DNA of 64,000 nucleotides from Felis catus (Eukaryota): positions 150,724,001 through 150,788,000 of the forward strand of contig NC_058368.1 of the NCBI RefSeq assembly GCF_018350175.1. The letters are read 5' to 3'. A model generated the notes under the pieces. That model saw only the letters and a program-made list of their open reading frames with translations. It made no database searches and was not told the DNA's origin. The first letter of the stretch is position 1; the number at the start of each line of letters is the position of its first letter. The translations under genes and the position numbers were made by a program. Shown here piece after piece: positions 1 through 12,009 of the stretch.

Positions 1-202
1 TTATTTATTTTGAGACACAGAGACAGAGACAGACAGAGAGCACAAGCAGGGGAGGAGCAGAGAGAAGGAGAGACAGAAGGCCAAGTAGTCTCCATGCTAT
101 CGGTGCAGAAGCCTGATGTGGGTCTCGAACTCATTAACCATAAGACCATGACCTGAGCCGAGATCAAGAGACACTTAACTGACTGTGCCACCCAGGCGCC
201 CC
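1..202 (-). mobile_element. Can-SINE (tRNA-derived carnivore SINE), tail cut by the window edge
   Basis: Reverse complement of the head GGGGCGCCTGGGTGGCACAGTC ends at 202; (GA)-rich middle; TTATTTATTTTGAG tail signature. Confidence 0.93.
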
Positions 203-904
203 CTTTTATTCAAATTTCTTTAGCAGTTACCACTTCATTTCCTTTTTTCACCTTGCTTTTCTTTTCCTTCTTATGTCAACCAAACAACTTCATTATATAA
301 TTAACATTTTTAAGTGGTAGTAAGAGAGTTCAAGAATATCTTTTGAGAATTGAGAAATATGGCCATCTTAAATCTTGTAACCAAAAATCAGTTTTCAAAG
401 ACTATATGATTTTAAAAATTTAGTTTACAAGGCTCATTCAGGATTAGGCTTTTACTAATAACACCAATAAAATGAAAATTAATCATGGACATGTTAAATT
501 TCCCACTTTAAAGTTTTTTTGCTCTGTGCCATTTATCTAATTTCTAAATAAATGTCTAAATTCAGTGGTTGAGAACACAGACCCAATGAACCATATCCTT
601 AGAAGTGTTTTCCCTCTAGTTAAGTTCAATAAGCTGTTAAAGTACTACTGCTTCTAGGAATTAACATTTTTTATCCGAACAATTAAAGTAACTTGAGAAT
701 AGGATGGTTAACTATATGTGTGTCTACCAAGTTCCTCTCCCAAAATAGAAAAGAAAGAAACTTGTTTGTCAATAATAATTTTTTGAAAATTAAAAAAAAA
801 AACCTTTATTAAATGCCTTTTATCAATCTTCACAGATAGGAAAAAGAGAAAAGTGTACTTAGAAAAAGCTGACATTTTTTCCACTATTTGTTTTAGGTTT
901 ATTA

Positions 905-3485
905 ATTTTAATTTTATTTTATTATTTTTTAAAATATAATTTATTGTCAAGTTGGCTAGCATACAGTCTATACACTGTGCTCTTGGCTTTGGGGGTAGAC
1001 TCCTGTGATTCATCGCTTCCATACAACACCCAGTGCTCATCCCAACAAGTGCCCTCCTCAATGCCCATCACCCATTTTCCACTGCCCTCCCCCCCCCCTG
1101 CACCAACAACCCTCAGTTTGTTCTCAGTTTTTAAGACACTCTTAAAGTTTGCCTCCCTCCCTCTCTGTTTGTAACTATTTTTTCCCCTTCTCTTCCCCCA
1201 TGGACTTCTGTTAAGTTTCTCAAGTGCCGCATATGAGTGAAAACATGATATCACTTATGATATGTTTTACTTATGACTTATTTCACTTAGCATAATACCC
1301 TCCAATTCCATCCATGTTGCTGTAAATGTCAGGATTTCATTCTTTCTCATTGCGAAGTAGTATTCCATTGTATATATAAATCATATCTTCTTTATCCATT
1401 CATCAGTTGATAGACATTCAGGCTTTTTCCATAATTTGGCTATTGTTGAAAGTGCTGCTATAAACATTGGGGTACAAGTGTCCCTATGAATCAACACTCC
1501 TGTATCTTTTGGATAAATTCCTAGTAGTGTTATTGCTGGGTCGTAGGGTAGTTCTATTTTTCATTTTTTGAGGAATCTCCATACTGTTTTCCAGAGCAGC
1601 TGCACCAGTTTGCATTCCCACCAACAGTGCAAGAGTTTTCCTGTTTCTCCACATCCTCACCAGCATCTGTTGTTGCCTGAGTTGTTAATGTTAGCCACTC
1701 TGACCAGTATGAGGTGGTATCTCATGGTGGTTTTGATTTGTATTTCCTGATGATGAGTGACATTGAGCATCTTTTCATGTGTCTGTTGGCCATCTGGATG
1801 TCTTTGGAAAAGTGTCTATTCATGTCTTCTGCCCATTTCTTCACTAGATTATTTGTTTTTGGGTGTTGAGTTTGGTAAGTTCTTCATAGATTTTGGATAC
1901 TAACCCTTTATCTGATTTGCCATTTGCAAATATCTTTTCCCATTCCATTGATTGCCTTTTAGTTTTGCTGATTGTTTCCTTTACAGTGCAGAACTTTTTG
2001 TCCTGATGAGGTCCCAATAGTTCATTTTTGCTTTTAATTCCCTTGCCTTTGGAAACATGTTGAAGGAGAACTTGCTGTGGCTGAAGTCAAAGAGGTTGTT
2101 GCCTGTTTTCTCCTCTGGGGTTTTGATGGTTTCTTGTCACACATTAGGTCTTTCATCCATTTTGAGTTTATTTTTGTATATGGTGTAAGAAAGTGGTCCA
2201 GTTTCATTCTTCTGCATGTTGCTGTCCAGTTCTCCTAGCACCATTTGCTAAAGAGACTGTCTTTTTCCCATTGGATGATATTTCTTGCTTTGACAAAGAT
2301 TAACTGGCTATACATCTGTGGGTCCAGCTCTAGGTTCTCTATTCTATTCCATTGATCTATGTGTCTGTTTTTGTGCCAGTACCATACTGTGTTGATGATT
2401 ACAGCTTTGTAGTAGAGGCTAAAGTCTGGGATTGTGATGTCTCCTGCTTTGGTTTTCTTTTTCAACATTATTTTGGCTATTTGGGGTCTTTTGTGGTTCT
2501 ATACAAATTTAAGGATTGTTTGTTCTAGCTTTGAGAAGAATGTCAGTGCAATTTTAATTGGCATTGCATTGAATGTGTAGATTGCTTTTGGTAGTATTGA
2601 CATTTTAACAATATTTATTCTTCCAATCCATGAGCATGGAATGTTTTTCCATTTCTTTGTGTCTTCTTCAATTTCTTTCATAAGTTTTCTGTAGTTTTCA
2701 GCAAACAGATCTTTTACATCTTTGGTTAGGTTTGTTCCTAGCTATTTTATGTTCTTGGTGCAATTGCAATGGGATCAATTTCTTTATTTCTCTTTCTGTT
2801 GCTTCATTATTGGTCTATAGACATTCAACCAATTTCTGTACATTGATTTTGTATCCTGCGACTTTGCTGAATTCATGTATCAGTTATAGCAGTTTTTTAG
2901 TGGAGTCTTTTGGGTTTTCCATGTGGAGTACCATGTAATCTGCAGAAAGGGGAAGTTTGACTTCTTTGCCAATTTGGATGCTTTTATTTCCTTTTGTTGT
3001 CTGCTGAGACTAGGACTTCCAACACGATGTTAAACAATAGTGGTGAAATCATGTTCCTGATATCAGGGGGAAGGCTCTCAGTTTTTCCCCAATGAGGATG
3101 ATATTAGCTATGGGCTTTTAATATATGGCTTTTATGAGTTAAAGTATGTTCCTTCTATCCTGACTTCCTTGAGGGCTTTTATTAAGAAAGGATGCTGTAT
3201 TTTGTCAAATGTTTTTTTCTGCATCTATTGACAGGATCATATGGTTCTTATCCTTTCTTTTATTAATGTGATGTATCACATTGATTGATTTGCGAATACT
3301 GAACCAGCCCTGCAGCCCAGGAATGAATCCCACTTGATCATGGTGAATAATTCTTTTTATATGCTGTTGAATTCGATTTGTTAGTATCTTGTTGAGAATT
3401 TTTGCATCCATGTTCATCAGGGATATTGGCCTGTAATTCTCCTTCTTTGTGGGGTCTCTTTCTGGTTTGGGAATTAAGGTAATGC
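905..3485 (-). mobile_element. LINE-1 (carnivore/felid type): 3' part of ORF2, 3'UTR and A-rich tail; decayed
   Basis: Minus-strand ORF pieces are L1 ORF2 RT and C-terminal peptides: [34 protein letters not shown]...[67 protein letters not shown]. The G-rich 3'UTR and T-rich tail lie at ~905-1100. Confidence 0.97.
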
Positions 3486-3985
3486 CAGAAATAAACAATA
3501 CAGAATCCAAAAAAAAAAAAAAAAACAGTAGAACAGATCAATGAAACTAACAGGTGGTTTTTTGAAAAAAAAATCAACAAAATTGATAAACCCTTAGCCA
3601 GACTTCTAAGAAAGAGAGAGGACCCAAATAGATAAAATCACAAATAAAATTGGACATATCACAACCAACCCCTCAGAAATACAAACAATTATCAGAGAAT
3701 ACTATGAAAAATTATATGCCAACAAACTGGACAACCTGGAAGAAATGGACAAATTCTTAGACACCCACACACTACCAAAACTCAAATGGGAAGGAATAGA
3801 AAATTTGAACTGACCCATAACTAGCGAAGAAATTGAATCAGGTATCAAAAATCTCCCAACAAATAAGAGTCCTGGGCCAGATGGCTTCCCAGGGGAATTC
3901 TAGCAGACATTTAAAGCAGAGTTAATACCTATCCTTCTCAAGCTGTTCCAAAAAATAGAAATGGAAGAAAAGCTTCTGGATTCAT
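3486..3985 (+). mobile_element. Inverted 5' segment of the same L1 (ORF2 region between EN and RT)
   Basis: Plus strand reads [15 protein letters not shown]...[15 protein letters not shown]...[32 protein letters not shown]...KSPGPDGFPGEF...LLKLFQKIEMEEKLLDS. In L1 ORF2 this immediately precedes (YEA)SITLIPKP, where the minus-strand piece begins. Confidence 0.95.
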
Positions 3986-3999
3986 GGTATATCTATTTA

Positions 4000-4239
4000 T
4001 TTTAATTTAATTTTATTTTTTAAGTGTTTTTTTTAAAGTTTATTCATTTTTCGGAGAAAGAGAGAGACAGAGCGTGAGCATGAGAGGGGCAGAGAGAGAG
4101 GGAGACACAGAATCCGAAGCAGGCTCCAGGCTCTGAGCTGTCAGCACAGAGCCTGAAGCGGGGTTCAAACTTACAGACCGTGAGATCATGTCCTGAGCTC
4201 AAGTGGGATGCTCAACCGACTGAGCCACCCAGGCACCCC
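4000..4239 (-). mobile_element. Can-SINE (SINEC_Fc-like) with target-site duplication
   Basis: Full head-to-tail SINE; TSD TATATCTATTTA at 3988-3999 and 4240-4251. Confidence 0.95.
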
Positions 4240-4254
4240 TATATCTATTTACTT

Positions 4255-4459
4255 TCAAATGTTTATTTATTTTTGAGAGAGAGAGAAAGAGCATAAGCAG
4301 GGGAGGGGCAAAGAGAAAGGTGGACAGAAGATCTGAAGGAGAATCTGAACTGATAGGCTGACAGCAGCAAGCTTGATGGAAAGCCTGAACTCACACACCA
4401 TGAGATCATAACCTGAGCCAAAGTCAGACACTTAACCAAATGAGCCACTCAGGTGACCC
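4255..4459 (-). mobile_element. Older, more diverged Can-SINE
   Basis: TGTTTATTTATTTTTGAGAGAGA...TGAGATCATAACCTGAGCC...TGAGCCACTCAGGTGACCC. Confidence 0.92.
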
Positions 4460-4653
4460 TGGAAAAGCTGATATTACTTTACTGCTCAAATAATTTATCT
4501 TTGTATTGTAGGATTTAAAAAGATAAAATACTGCAAAAAATAAAATCAAATCGAAATATTTGCCACAACCTCATAACAGTTAAACACATCCTCTTCTCCT
4601 CCTCCATCATCTCCCTTTTACTTTTACAGTGTATCCTCTAAAAAGTAACTATG

Positions 4654-4695
4654 GTTTTTTTTTTTTTAAGTTTCATTTGAGAGAGAGACAGAATA

Positions 4696-4735
<40 letters not shown>

Positions 4736-4902
4736 CAATAGAGGGAGGGGCAGAAGGAGGGAGGGAAAGAGAGAATCCCAAGCAGCCTCCACACTGCCAG
4801 CACAAAGCCTTATGTGGGCCTCCAACTCACAATCCATGAGACCATGACTTGAGCTAAAATCAAGAGTCAGATGCTTAAACGACTGAGCCACCCAGGTGCC
4901 CC
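4654..4902 (-). mobile_element. Can-SINE containing an expanded (CA)n microsatellite (~4698-4732)
   Basis: SINE head ends at 4902; imperfect TSD TAAAAAGTAACTATG (4639-4653) / TAAAAAGTCATTATG (4903-4917). Confidence 0.94.
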
Positions 4903-5519
4903 TAAAAAGTCATTATGTTTTATGTATTGATAGTAGAATACCTTAGGATGAATGATTTGATTTCAGCATCAGGAAAAAAAAAGAGGTAAAAATTGAAGAA
5001 AGAATTTTGTTAATAAAACACATTCCCTAAAATTTTATTCCAATCTTAATTAGATTTAACACAATTTTACAAAGGATTCATACCTCACAAAAATATGTTT
5101 ATATATGTTTGAGGTGAAAGTGGTAAAGCTGTAAACGTAAGAACAATAGAAGGCATTCTGTCTGAAAGAATATCTCGCATTAGCACATTTGATTAAGGCT
5201 AAAATATCTGTTATATTTTGACCAGAGGAAATCTTTTCTTACAATTACCGAGAACTACGAGCATTATACATAAAAACTTCCTTATACCAGTCTCTCTATT
5301 TCATTGCCTTAGTCACTAAATTAAGGTTGTTAAAAAAAAAATTCCATTCATTTCCTTCAAACACCTCTTTCTTAAGTTAACCAAGAATTATCTATGCCAT
5401 GCTGTCTCTAACTCAGGGATTAAGAGCTACTTAGCTTTTGCTAACTGTATTTTATTCCTGTGTACTTTTCACTGATTACTAAATTTTATATGTAAGCCAA
5501 ATCTTTACCTTATATCCTT

Positions 5520-6280
5520 AGGAAAGTGAGGAAAAAAGAATCCAGGGAGTGCTTCATAAAATAGATGAAATAGACTCATACCAAGACATATCACTGTAAA
5601 ATTTTAGTACCCTGGAAATGGTGTTCTATACAGAAAAAAATAGGCCACATAACAAGAATCAAAAATCAAAACAGTTGCACACTTCTCACAGAAGAGAGGA
5701 AGTTCAAGGCCAATTGGGGTTCACCTTCAAAATTGTGAAGAAAAATTACTTCCAAGCTAAAATTCTAAACCAAGAAAATTTTCATCAAGATTTGGGGTAG
5801 GATAAATAAATTTCAGCCAGGCACATTCTAAGAAATGTATTTTCCATGTTCCCTTTGCTCAGGAAGCTATTGAAGTTTGAGTTCTACCAAAATGAGGGAG
5901 TAAACCAAGAAAGAACTGCCAAACCGAAACAGTATTTCCAGCCTAACAGAGGGATGACGTTAATAACCATGATGCTCAGAAAGGGAGATCTCAGGATGAA
6001 AAATACAGGTAGGGAGGATAACCCAACCATACTGGAATATGGCAGAGGCTTTGTAAGAAACTCCATTGGGAAGATGAAAGTGATGGAATATCTGATAGAT
6101 TTGAGCATTTTGAGAGATTTAGATAACTTGTGAAAAGTTTGCATGGAATCATTGATAAATAAATGGAAAATTAAGCAAATAAGAAAAGGCAATTATTAGT
6201 TCTAACTAACAGAGTTAAGCAGTAAAGGAAAAGTAATCATGATTTCCCTTCCTGGCTCAGGTGGGAATAATGTTTAAATT
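5520..6280 (+). mobile_element. Ancient HAL1/L1-ORF1-like element, left part
   Basis: Degenerate L1-ORF1-like motifs (RLIPRHITVKF; FKIVKKNYFQAKILNQ) and the HAL1-like string CTCAGGAAGCTATTG...CCAAAATGAGGGAGTAAACCAAGAAAGA. The subfamily is from recall. Confidence 0.65.
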
Positions 6281-6297
6281 ACAGTTGTGGGGTTTTT

Positions 6298-6513
6298 CAA
6301 AAAAAAATTTTAAGTTTATTCATTTTGAGTGTGACAGAGACAGGGTGAGCAGGGGAGGGGCAGAAAGAGAGGGAAAGAGAGAGAATCCCAAACAGGCTCT
6401 GCACTGTCAGCACAGAACCCAACAAGGGGCTTGTGCTCACAAAACCATGAGATCATGACCTGAGTTGAAATCAAGCGTCAGACACTTAACAGATTGAGCC
6501 ACCTAGGCACCCC
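6298..6513 (-). mobile_element. Can-SINE
   Basis: AAGTTTATTCATTTTGAG...GAGATCATGACCTGAG...TGAGCCACCTAGGCACCCC. Confidence 0.93.
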
Positions 6514-6823
6514 TTATATTTGTATAGCAATTCAAGCTCTCTTTTAGTTATTGTTTCTGTGGTGTCTCTGTTTTCTATTATTTTACTTCCAACGTATTTG
6601 TATCTTTGTGAAGTGTGTTTCTTTATATGGCACATGGTTAATTTTTGAACCATTGTGCCAATCTTTGTCTTTTGATCAGAAAATTTAATACATGTACATT
6701 TAATGTAATTACTGATAAGGTAGGATTTATGTCTACCACTTTGATATTTGTTTTTTATGTCTTCTTTGTTACTTTATTCCTCCACTACTCCCTTTAATTT
6801 GTATCTTTAAATAGATTTTTTTA

Positions 6824-7050
6824 GGGGGTGCCTGGGTGGCTCAGTCGGTTAAGCGTCCGACTTCGGCTCAGGTCATGATCTCACGGTCCATGGGTTCAAG
6901 CCCTGCGTCGGGCTCTGTGCTGACAGCTCAGAGCCTGGAGCCTGTTTCAGATTCTGTGTGTCTCCCTCTTTCTCTGACCCTCCCCTGTTCACGCTCTCTC
7001 TTTCTCTGTCTCAAAAATAAATAAATGTTAAAAAAAATTTTTTTAAAAAA
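6824..7050 (+). mobile_element. Can-SINE (SINEC_Fc-like, young, CpGs retained)
   Basis: GGGGTGCCTGGGTGGCTCAGTCGGTTAAGCGTCCGACTTCGGCTCAGGTCATGATCTC...; TSD-like AAATAGATTTT on both sides. Confidence 0.96.
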
Positions 7051-7224
7051 ATAGATTTTCTTAGTATACCATTTTAATTCACTTGTCATTTATTTTATTT
7101 TATTTTATTTTGAGTTATTTTATTTTATTTTATTTTATTTTATTTTGAGTTGTTTTATTAGTGGTTGCCCTTAGGATTCCAATAAACAACTTAATCTAAT
7201 TTGGATTAACATCAATTTAAGTTT

Positions 7225-7637
7225 TTATTAAGTTTTTTAAATTAAGTTTTTAATTTTAATTCCAGTATAGTTAATAAATAGTGTTCTGTAAGTTTCAAGT
7301 GTACAATATAGTGATGCAACAATTCTAAACATTAGTCAGTGCTCATCATGATAAGTGCATTTTTAATCCTCATCATGTATTTCACCCACCCTCCATCCAC
7401 CTTCCCTCTGGTAACCATCAATTTGTTCTCTATAGTTAAGAATATGTTTCTTGGTTTGTCTCTCCCTTTTTTTCTTTGCTCATATGTTTTGTTTCTAAAA
7501 TTCTACATATGAGTGAAATCACAGATTTGTCTTCCTTTGATTTATTTCACAGTATTATATCATCTAGATCCACCCATGTTGTTGCAAATGGCAACATCAC
7601 ATTCTTTATGGCTGAATAATACTTCATATGTATATGA

Positions 7638-7711
<74 letters not shown>

Positions 7712-8968
7712 CATATCTTCTTTATCCATTCCTCTTTTTTTGGACACTTGAGCTGCTTCCATAGTTTAGCTATTGTAAATAATGCTGCAATGAACATAGG
7801 GGTGTATATATCCTTTTAAATTAATGTTTTTGTATTTTTTGGTAGTAGTGTGATCACTGGATCATAGGGTAGTTCTATATTTAACTCCATACTGTTTTCC
7901 ACAGTGGCTGCAAGTTTTTATTCCCACCAACAGTGCACAAGGGTTCCTTTTTCTCCACATCCTCACCAACATTTGTTGTTACATGTGTCTTTTATTTTTG
8001 CCATCTTGACAGGTGTGAGGTGATATCTCACTGTGGTTTTCATTTGCATTTCCCTGATGATGAGTGATATTGAGCATCTTTTCATGTGTCTGTTGGCTAT
8101 CTGGACGTCTTCTGTGGAAAAAGGTCTGTTCGTGTCCTCTGCCCATTTTAATATTGGGTTATTTGTTTTTTCGGTGTTGAGCTGTAGAAGTTCTTTATAA
8201 ATTTTGAATACTAACCCTTTATCAGTTATATATATGTCAGTTGCAAATATCTTCTCCTGTTTAGTAGCTGTCTTTTAGTTTTGTTGATTATTTCCTTCAC
8301 TGGCAGAAGCTTTTTATTTTGATGTGGTCCCAATAGTTTATTTTTGCTTTTATTTCCCTTGCTTCAGGAGACATATCTAGAAAAATGTTGCTATGGCCAA
8401 TGTCAGAGAAACTACTGCCTATGCTCTCTTCTAGGATTTTTATGGTTTCACATTTCATATTTAGATCTTTAATCCAGTTTGAGTTCATTTTTGTGTATGG
8501 TGAAAGAAAATGGTCCAGTTTCATTTTTTTGCTTGTAGCTGTCCAGCATTCCAATATCATTTTTTGAAGACATTATCAATTTCTCATGATATATTCATTC
8601 CTCCTTTAATTGACCATATAATTGCAGGTTCATTTCTGGGTTTTTATTCTATCCCATTGCTCTGTGTGTCTATTTTTATAGCAGTACCATACTGTTTTGA
8701 TTACTACAGCTTTGTAATATAATTTGAAGTCTGGAATTGTAATACCTCCAGTTTTATTTCTCTTTTTCAATATGACTTTGGCTATTTGGGTTCTTTTGTT
8801 GTTCCATACAAATTTTAGGATTGTTCTACTTCTGTGGAAAATGCTGTTGGCATTTTGATAGGGATTGCATTAAATCTGTAGATTGCTTTGGGTAGTATAT
8901 ACATTTTAACAATATTTGTTCTTCCATACCATGAGCATGGAATGTCTTTCCATTTCTTTACATCATCT
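7225..8968 (-). mobile_element. 5'-truncated carnivore L1 (ORF2 C-terminus and 3'UTR) with an internal (TA)n(CA)n microsatellite
   Basis: Minus ORF WTATSKKMKLDHFLSPYTKMNSNWIKDLN...KINYWDHIKIKSFC; degenerate TSD AACATCAATTTAA (~7208) / AATACCAATTTAA (~8971). Confidence 0.93.
7641..7711. repeat. (TA)n(CA)n compound microsatellite
   Basis: Seen directly. Confidence 0.95.
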
Positions 8969-9815
8969 TGAATACCAATTTAATTTCAATAGTACACAAA
9001 AACTTTGCACCTTGTTGATGTACAGCTTTGCAACTTCTTAGATGTACAGCTCTGTTCCTTCTTCCCTTCTTTGTGCTTTTATTGTTATATAAATTACATT
9101 TTTATACATTTATTGCTTTTAGTAGTTGTGTTTTAAGTCAGAAAAAAGAAAAGGACTACAAACAAAAATATATTTGTTTTTTCATATTTATTTATGTAGT
9201 TATCTTTATAAGTCTTTGTTTCTTTGTGTGAACTTGAGTTACTGTCTAGTGTCCTTTCATTTCAGCCTTGAATACTCTTTTTATTATTTCTTGTAGTTTA
9301 GTCTTTGTATTCACAGATACTTCTAGTTTTTTTCTGGTAATGTCAGTTGTGTCTTCATTTTTGAAGGATAGTATTGCTATATATAAAATTCTTAAATGAC
9401 AGTCTTTTTTATTCAGCACTTTAAATATGTAATCCCTCTGGCTTCCATCATTTCCTGTGAGAAATCAGATATCTTATTGAAGATCCCTTGAAATGATGAG
9501 TTCTTTTTTCCTTGAATTCAAGATTCTCATTTTGTCTCTTTGACAATTTGACTACGTTATATCTATGTGTGCATCAATTTGAGTTTATCCTACTTGGCAT
9601 CTGATGAGCTTCTTAGATGTATAGACTATTGTTTTTCAAATTGAAGATGTGTCTGGTCATTACTTCTTCATATCTACCCTCTGCTTCTTTATCTTCCTCC
9701 TCTTCTTCTGAAACATATGTTAGATGCCTGATGGTGTCTCATGGGTCTCTTAGGCTCTATTAATTTAGACATGATTTCCTTTAGTTCTTTAAACATATTT
9801 ATAATAGGTGATTTA

Positions 9816-10043
9816 TTTTTTATTTTTTTTTAATTTTGTCATGTTTGTTTATTTTTGAGAGACAGAGAGAGACAGCGCGTGCATGGGGGAGGGGCACCCA
9901 GAGAAGGAGACACAGAATCGAAGCAGGTTCCAGGCTCTAAACTGTCAGCACAGAGCCTGATGCGGGACTCAAACTCACAGACTGCAAGATCATGACCTGA
10001 GCTAAAGTCAGACGTTTAACCAACTGAGCCACCTGGGTGTCCC
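9816..10043 (-). mobile_element. Can-SINE with perfect 16-bp TSD
   Basis: TSD TATAATAGGTGATTTA at 9800-9815 and 10044-10059. Confidence 0.96.
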
Positions 10044-11207
10044 TATAATAGGTGATTTAAAGTTCTTCTCTAGTAGAAGTTAATTTAGTAGTTAATTTCT
10101 ATTAACTATTTTTCTCCCTATGTATAAGGCCATGTTTGCTGTGGGTTTTTTGAATGCCTCATAATTTTAATTGAAATGTGGATATTTAAAAATATATAAT
10201 GTGGCAATTCTGGAAGTCAGATACCTACCCCCTCCAGGGCTTATTATGATTGCTAAGTTTTGTTTTGTTTTGTTGCTCTTTTTTGTTGTTTTTAATGACT
10301 TCTGTGTACTAATTCTGTGAAGTCTATATAACTTGTTCTGTTTTTGTTACTTATGTCACTCCTTGGTTATCTTTGTAGTCAGCTGATGTTTGGACACAGA
10401 TTTCCTTGAGTGCTTGAACTAATAAGTCTTCTATCTTTTGTTTATGGTTTCTATATGTATATTGGGACTCTGACAGTTTACCATCCTGCCTTCGCCTTCA
10501 CTTCTTGATTGCACAGGCCCTCTTGGTTACACAGAGGTGAGAAAGAAGGGTTTTCTCACTTTTGTTTTGTTTTTTTTCTGGACATGTATATAGTCCTGCA
10601 CAGGCATGGCCCTCTAGAATCCCAGAAATATGTTGGTGCTTTTCAAATTCCCCTATTAACATCTCATTTCCCAGATATTCTTTTAAAGTCTTTTGGCCAT
10701 CATCTTGTTTGCCTCAACTGGTATTCCTGCCTCAAATAGCTTCAAAGTTAAACAATTTACTGTGATGGTTTTTGATAGGCACCCTGAGAATAGGGCTCTG
10801 ACTGCTTGAACAAGCTCAAAGTCTAGTCAAATAATGACAAGTGCTATGAGTAAGGATTTTCTAGCAAATTCCAGATTTGTCAAATAGTGACAATTTTGGG
10901 GGATGGAACATTTTAAGGAGCTTCAAACCTGGTCAGCCCCCTTCAGTGTCTGCTAGGCTTCTGGGTTTCAAGGAGACTGTGGAGCTGTCAAGAGAAGGAT
11001 GGGAATAGGGCAAGTTTAAATACTGACTGTTGTAACCAAGTTTCAGCAGTTTTTCTCGAATAAAAACTCCTTGGATTCTTTAAAATTAACTTTCAAAGTT
11101 CTAAAAAAGTTGATTTTGATAATTTTTGCCTATGTTCTCACTACTCTTAGGGAGGAGTGAATTTTTAGAGGTCCTTAACTCCGCCATTCTGGAGGTCTCA
11201 CTCCCCC

Positions 11208-11456
11208 AGTAGTATTTAAATGATAAGGTAAACATTGTTGTTTTAACCAAAATTACATCGTATTGGCAGAATGGGGGTTGGGAAATAAAGGTTTGAAGGG
11301 TGCTTTCATGTGATATAAGCCAGGGTAGAGAGAAAATTAAATCTTCATCTTTTTCAGTGGGAATTTAAGAGAAAATGCCCAAACTAAAAATCAGAAGTTC
11401 GCATTTCAACAGTATCATTTAGAGACAATGCAAGGAAACACTAAATTAATCAGCTT
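11208..11456 (+). mobile_element. HAL1-like element, right part (resumes briefly at ~12249-12280)
   Basis: Continues HAL1-like 3' sequence (TTTAACCAAAATT...GTATTGGCAGAATGGGGG; CATTTAGAGACAATG...CAGCTTGAAAAGG...GAGGTTGC). Similar sequence occurs in reverse at ~31950-32250. Confidence 0.5.
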
Positions 11457-11460
11457 AAGT

Positions 11461-12005
11461 CCTTTTCTCCCTGGCTGCTTGAAGCTTGGCTGCCATCATG
11501 AATGACATGGTAACTATTCAGACCAGAAAGTTCTCGACCAACTGACTACTTCAACAGAAACTACTTCAGCCACTGATATTCTTCATCCTGGAAAGTCAAC
11601 AGTACCTAAGATAGAAATTTGGGAAAAACCAGTCAAAATTTACAAGACCATATGAGATGTTATCTTTGTATTTGGATTCAGAAGCCATGTTGGTGATGGC
11701 AAGACAACTGGTTTTGGCATGATTTATATGGTTCCTTGGGTAAAAAAACAAAACAAACAAAAAAAAACCCCACAGACTTGCAAGGACTATATAAGAAGAA
11801 AAAGATCTCAAGAAAACAGCAAAGGAATGCAAGAACAGAATGAAGAAAATCAGGGGAACTGCAAAAGCCAATGCTGGTGCTGGCAAAAAGTGAGTTAGAG
11901 ACTGGACAACAGAAGGAGTAAAAGATTCTGCAGTGACTTTCTCTGTGGCGACTGTGAAGGTTTTTTTATGAGGGGATTTATAAACCAAGAATATTAGAGT
12001 AAACA
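11461..12005 (+). pseudogene. RPS24: Processed pseudogene of 40S ribosomal protein S24 (eS24)
   Basis: 5'TOP-like CCTTTTCTCC at 11461; ATG at 11498 gives MNDMVTIQTRKFSTN*LLQQK... then [49 protein letters not shown] and [27 protein letters not shown] (TGA 11891-11893), matching RPS24. Intronless, with an in-frame stop and frameshifts. TSD AAATTAATCAGCTT (11443-11456) / AAAGTAATCAGCTT (12235-12248). Confidence 0.96.
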
Positions 12006-12009
12006 AAAA

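Larger units (their letters stand above)
6514..11207 (-). mobile_element. Old L1M-type LINE (5'UTR, ORF1, start of ORF2 EN), interrupted by two SINEs and a younger L1
   Basis: Minus-strand start GGGGAGTGAGACCTCCAGAATGGCGGAG resembles L1M 5' ends. ORF1-type sequence lies at ~9350-9750 and EN-start-type sequence at ~6514-6800. T-rich plus strand throughout. Confidence 0.7.

Noticed and set aside
2235..3510. ORFs with reverse-transcriptase-like peptides as a functional or novel RT system
   Set aside because: Ordinary L1 ORF2 fragments broken by stops and frameshifts; the element is truncated and inverted.
6824..6905. tRNA-like A/B boxes as tRNA genes
   Set aside because: They are the tRNA-derived heads of Can-SINEs, followed by (CT)n and A tails.
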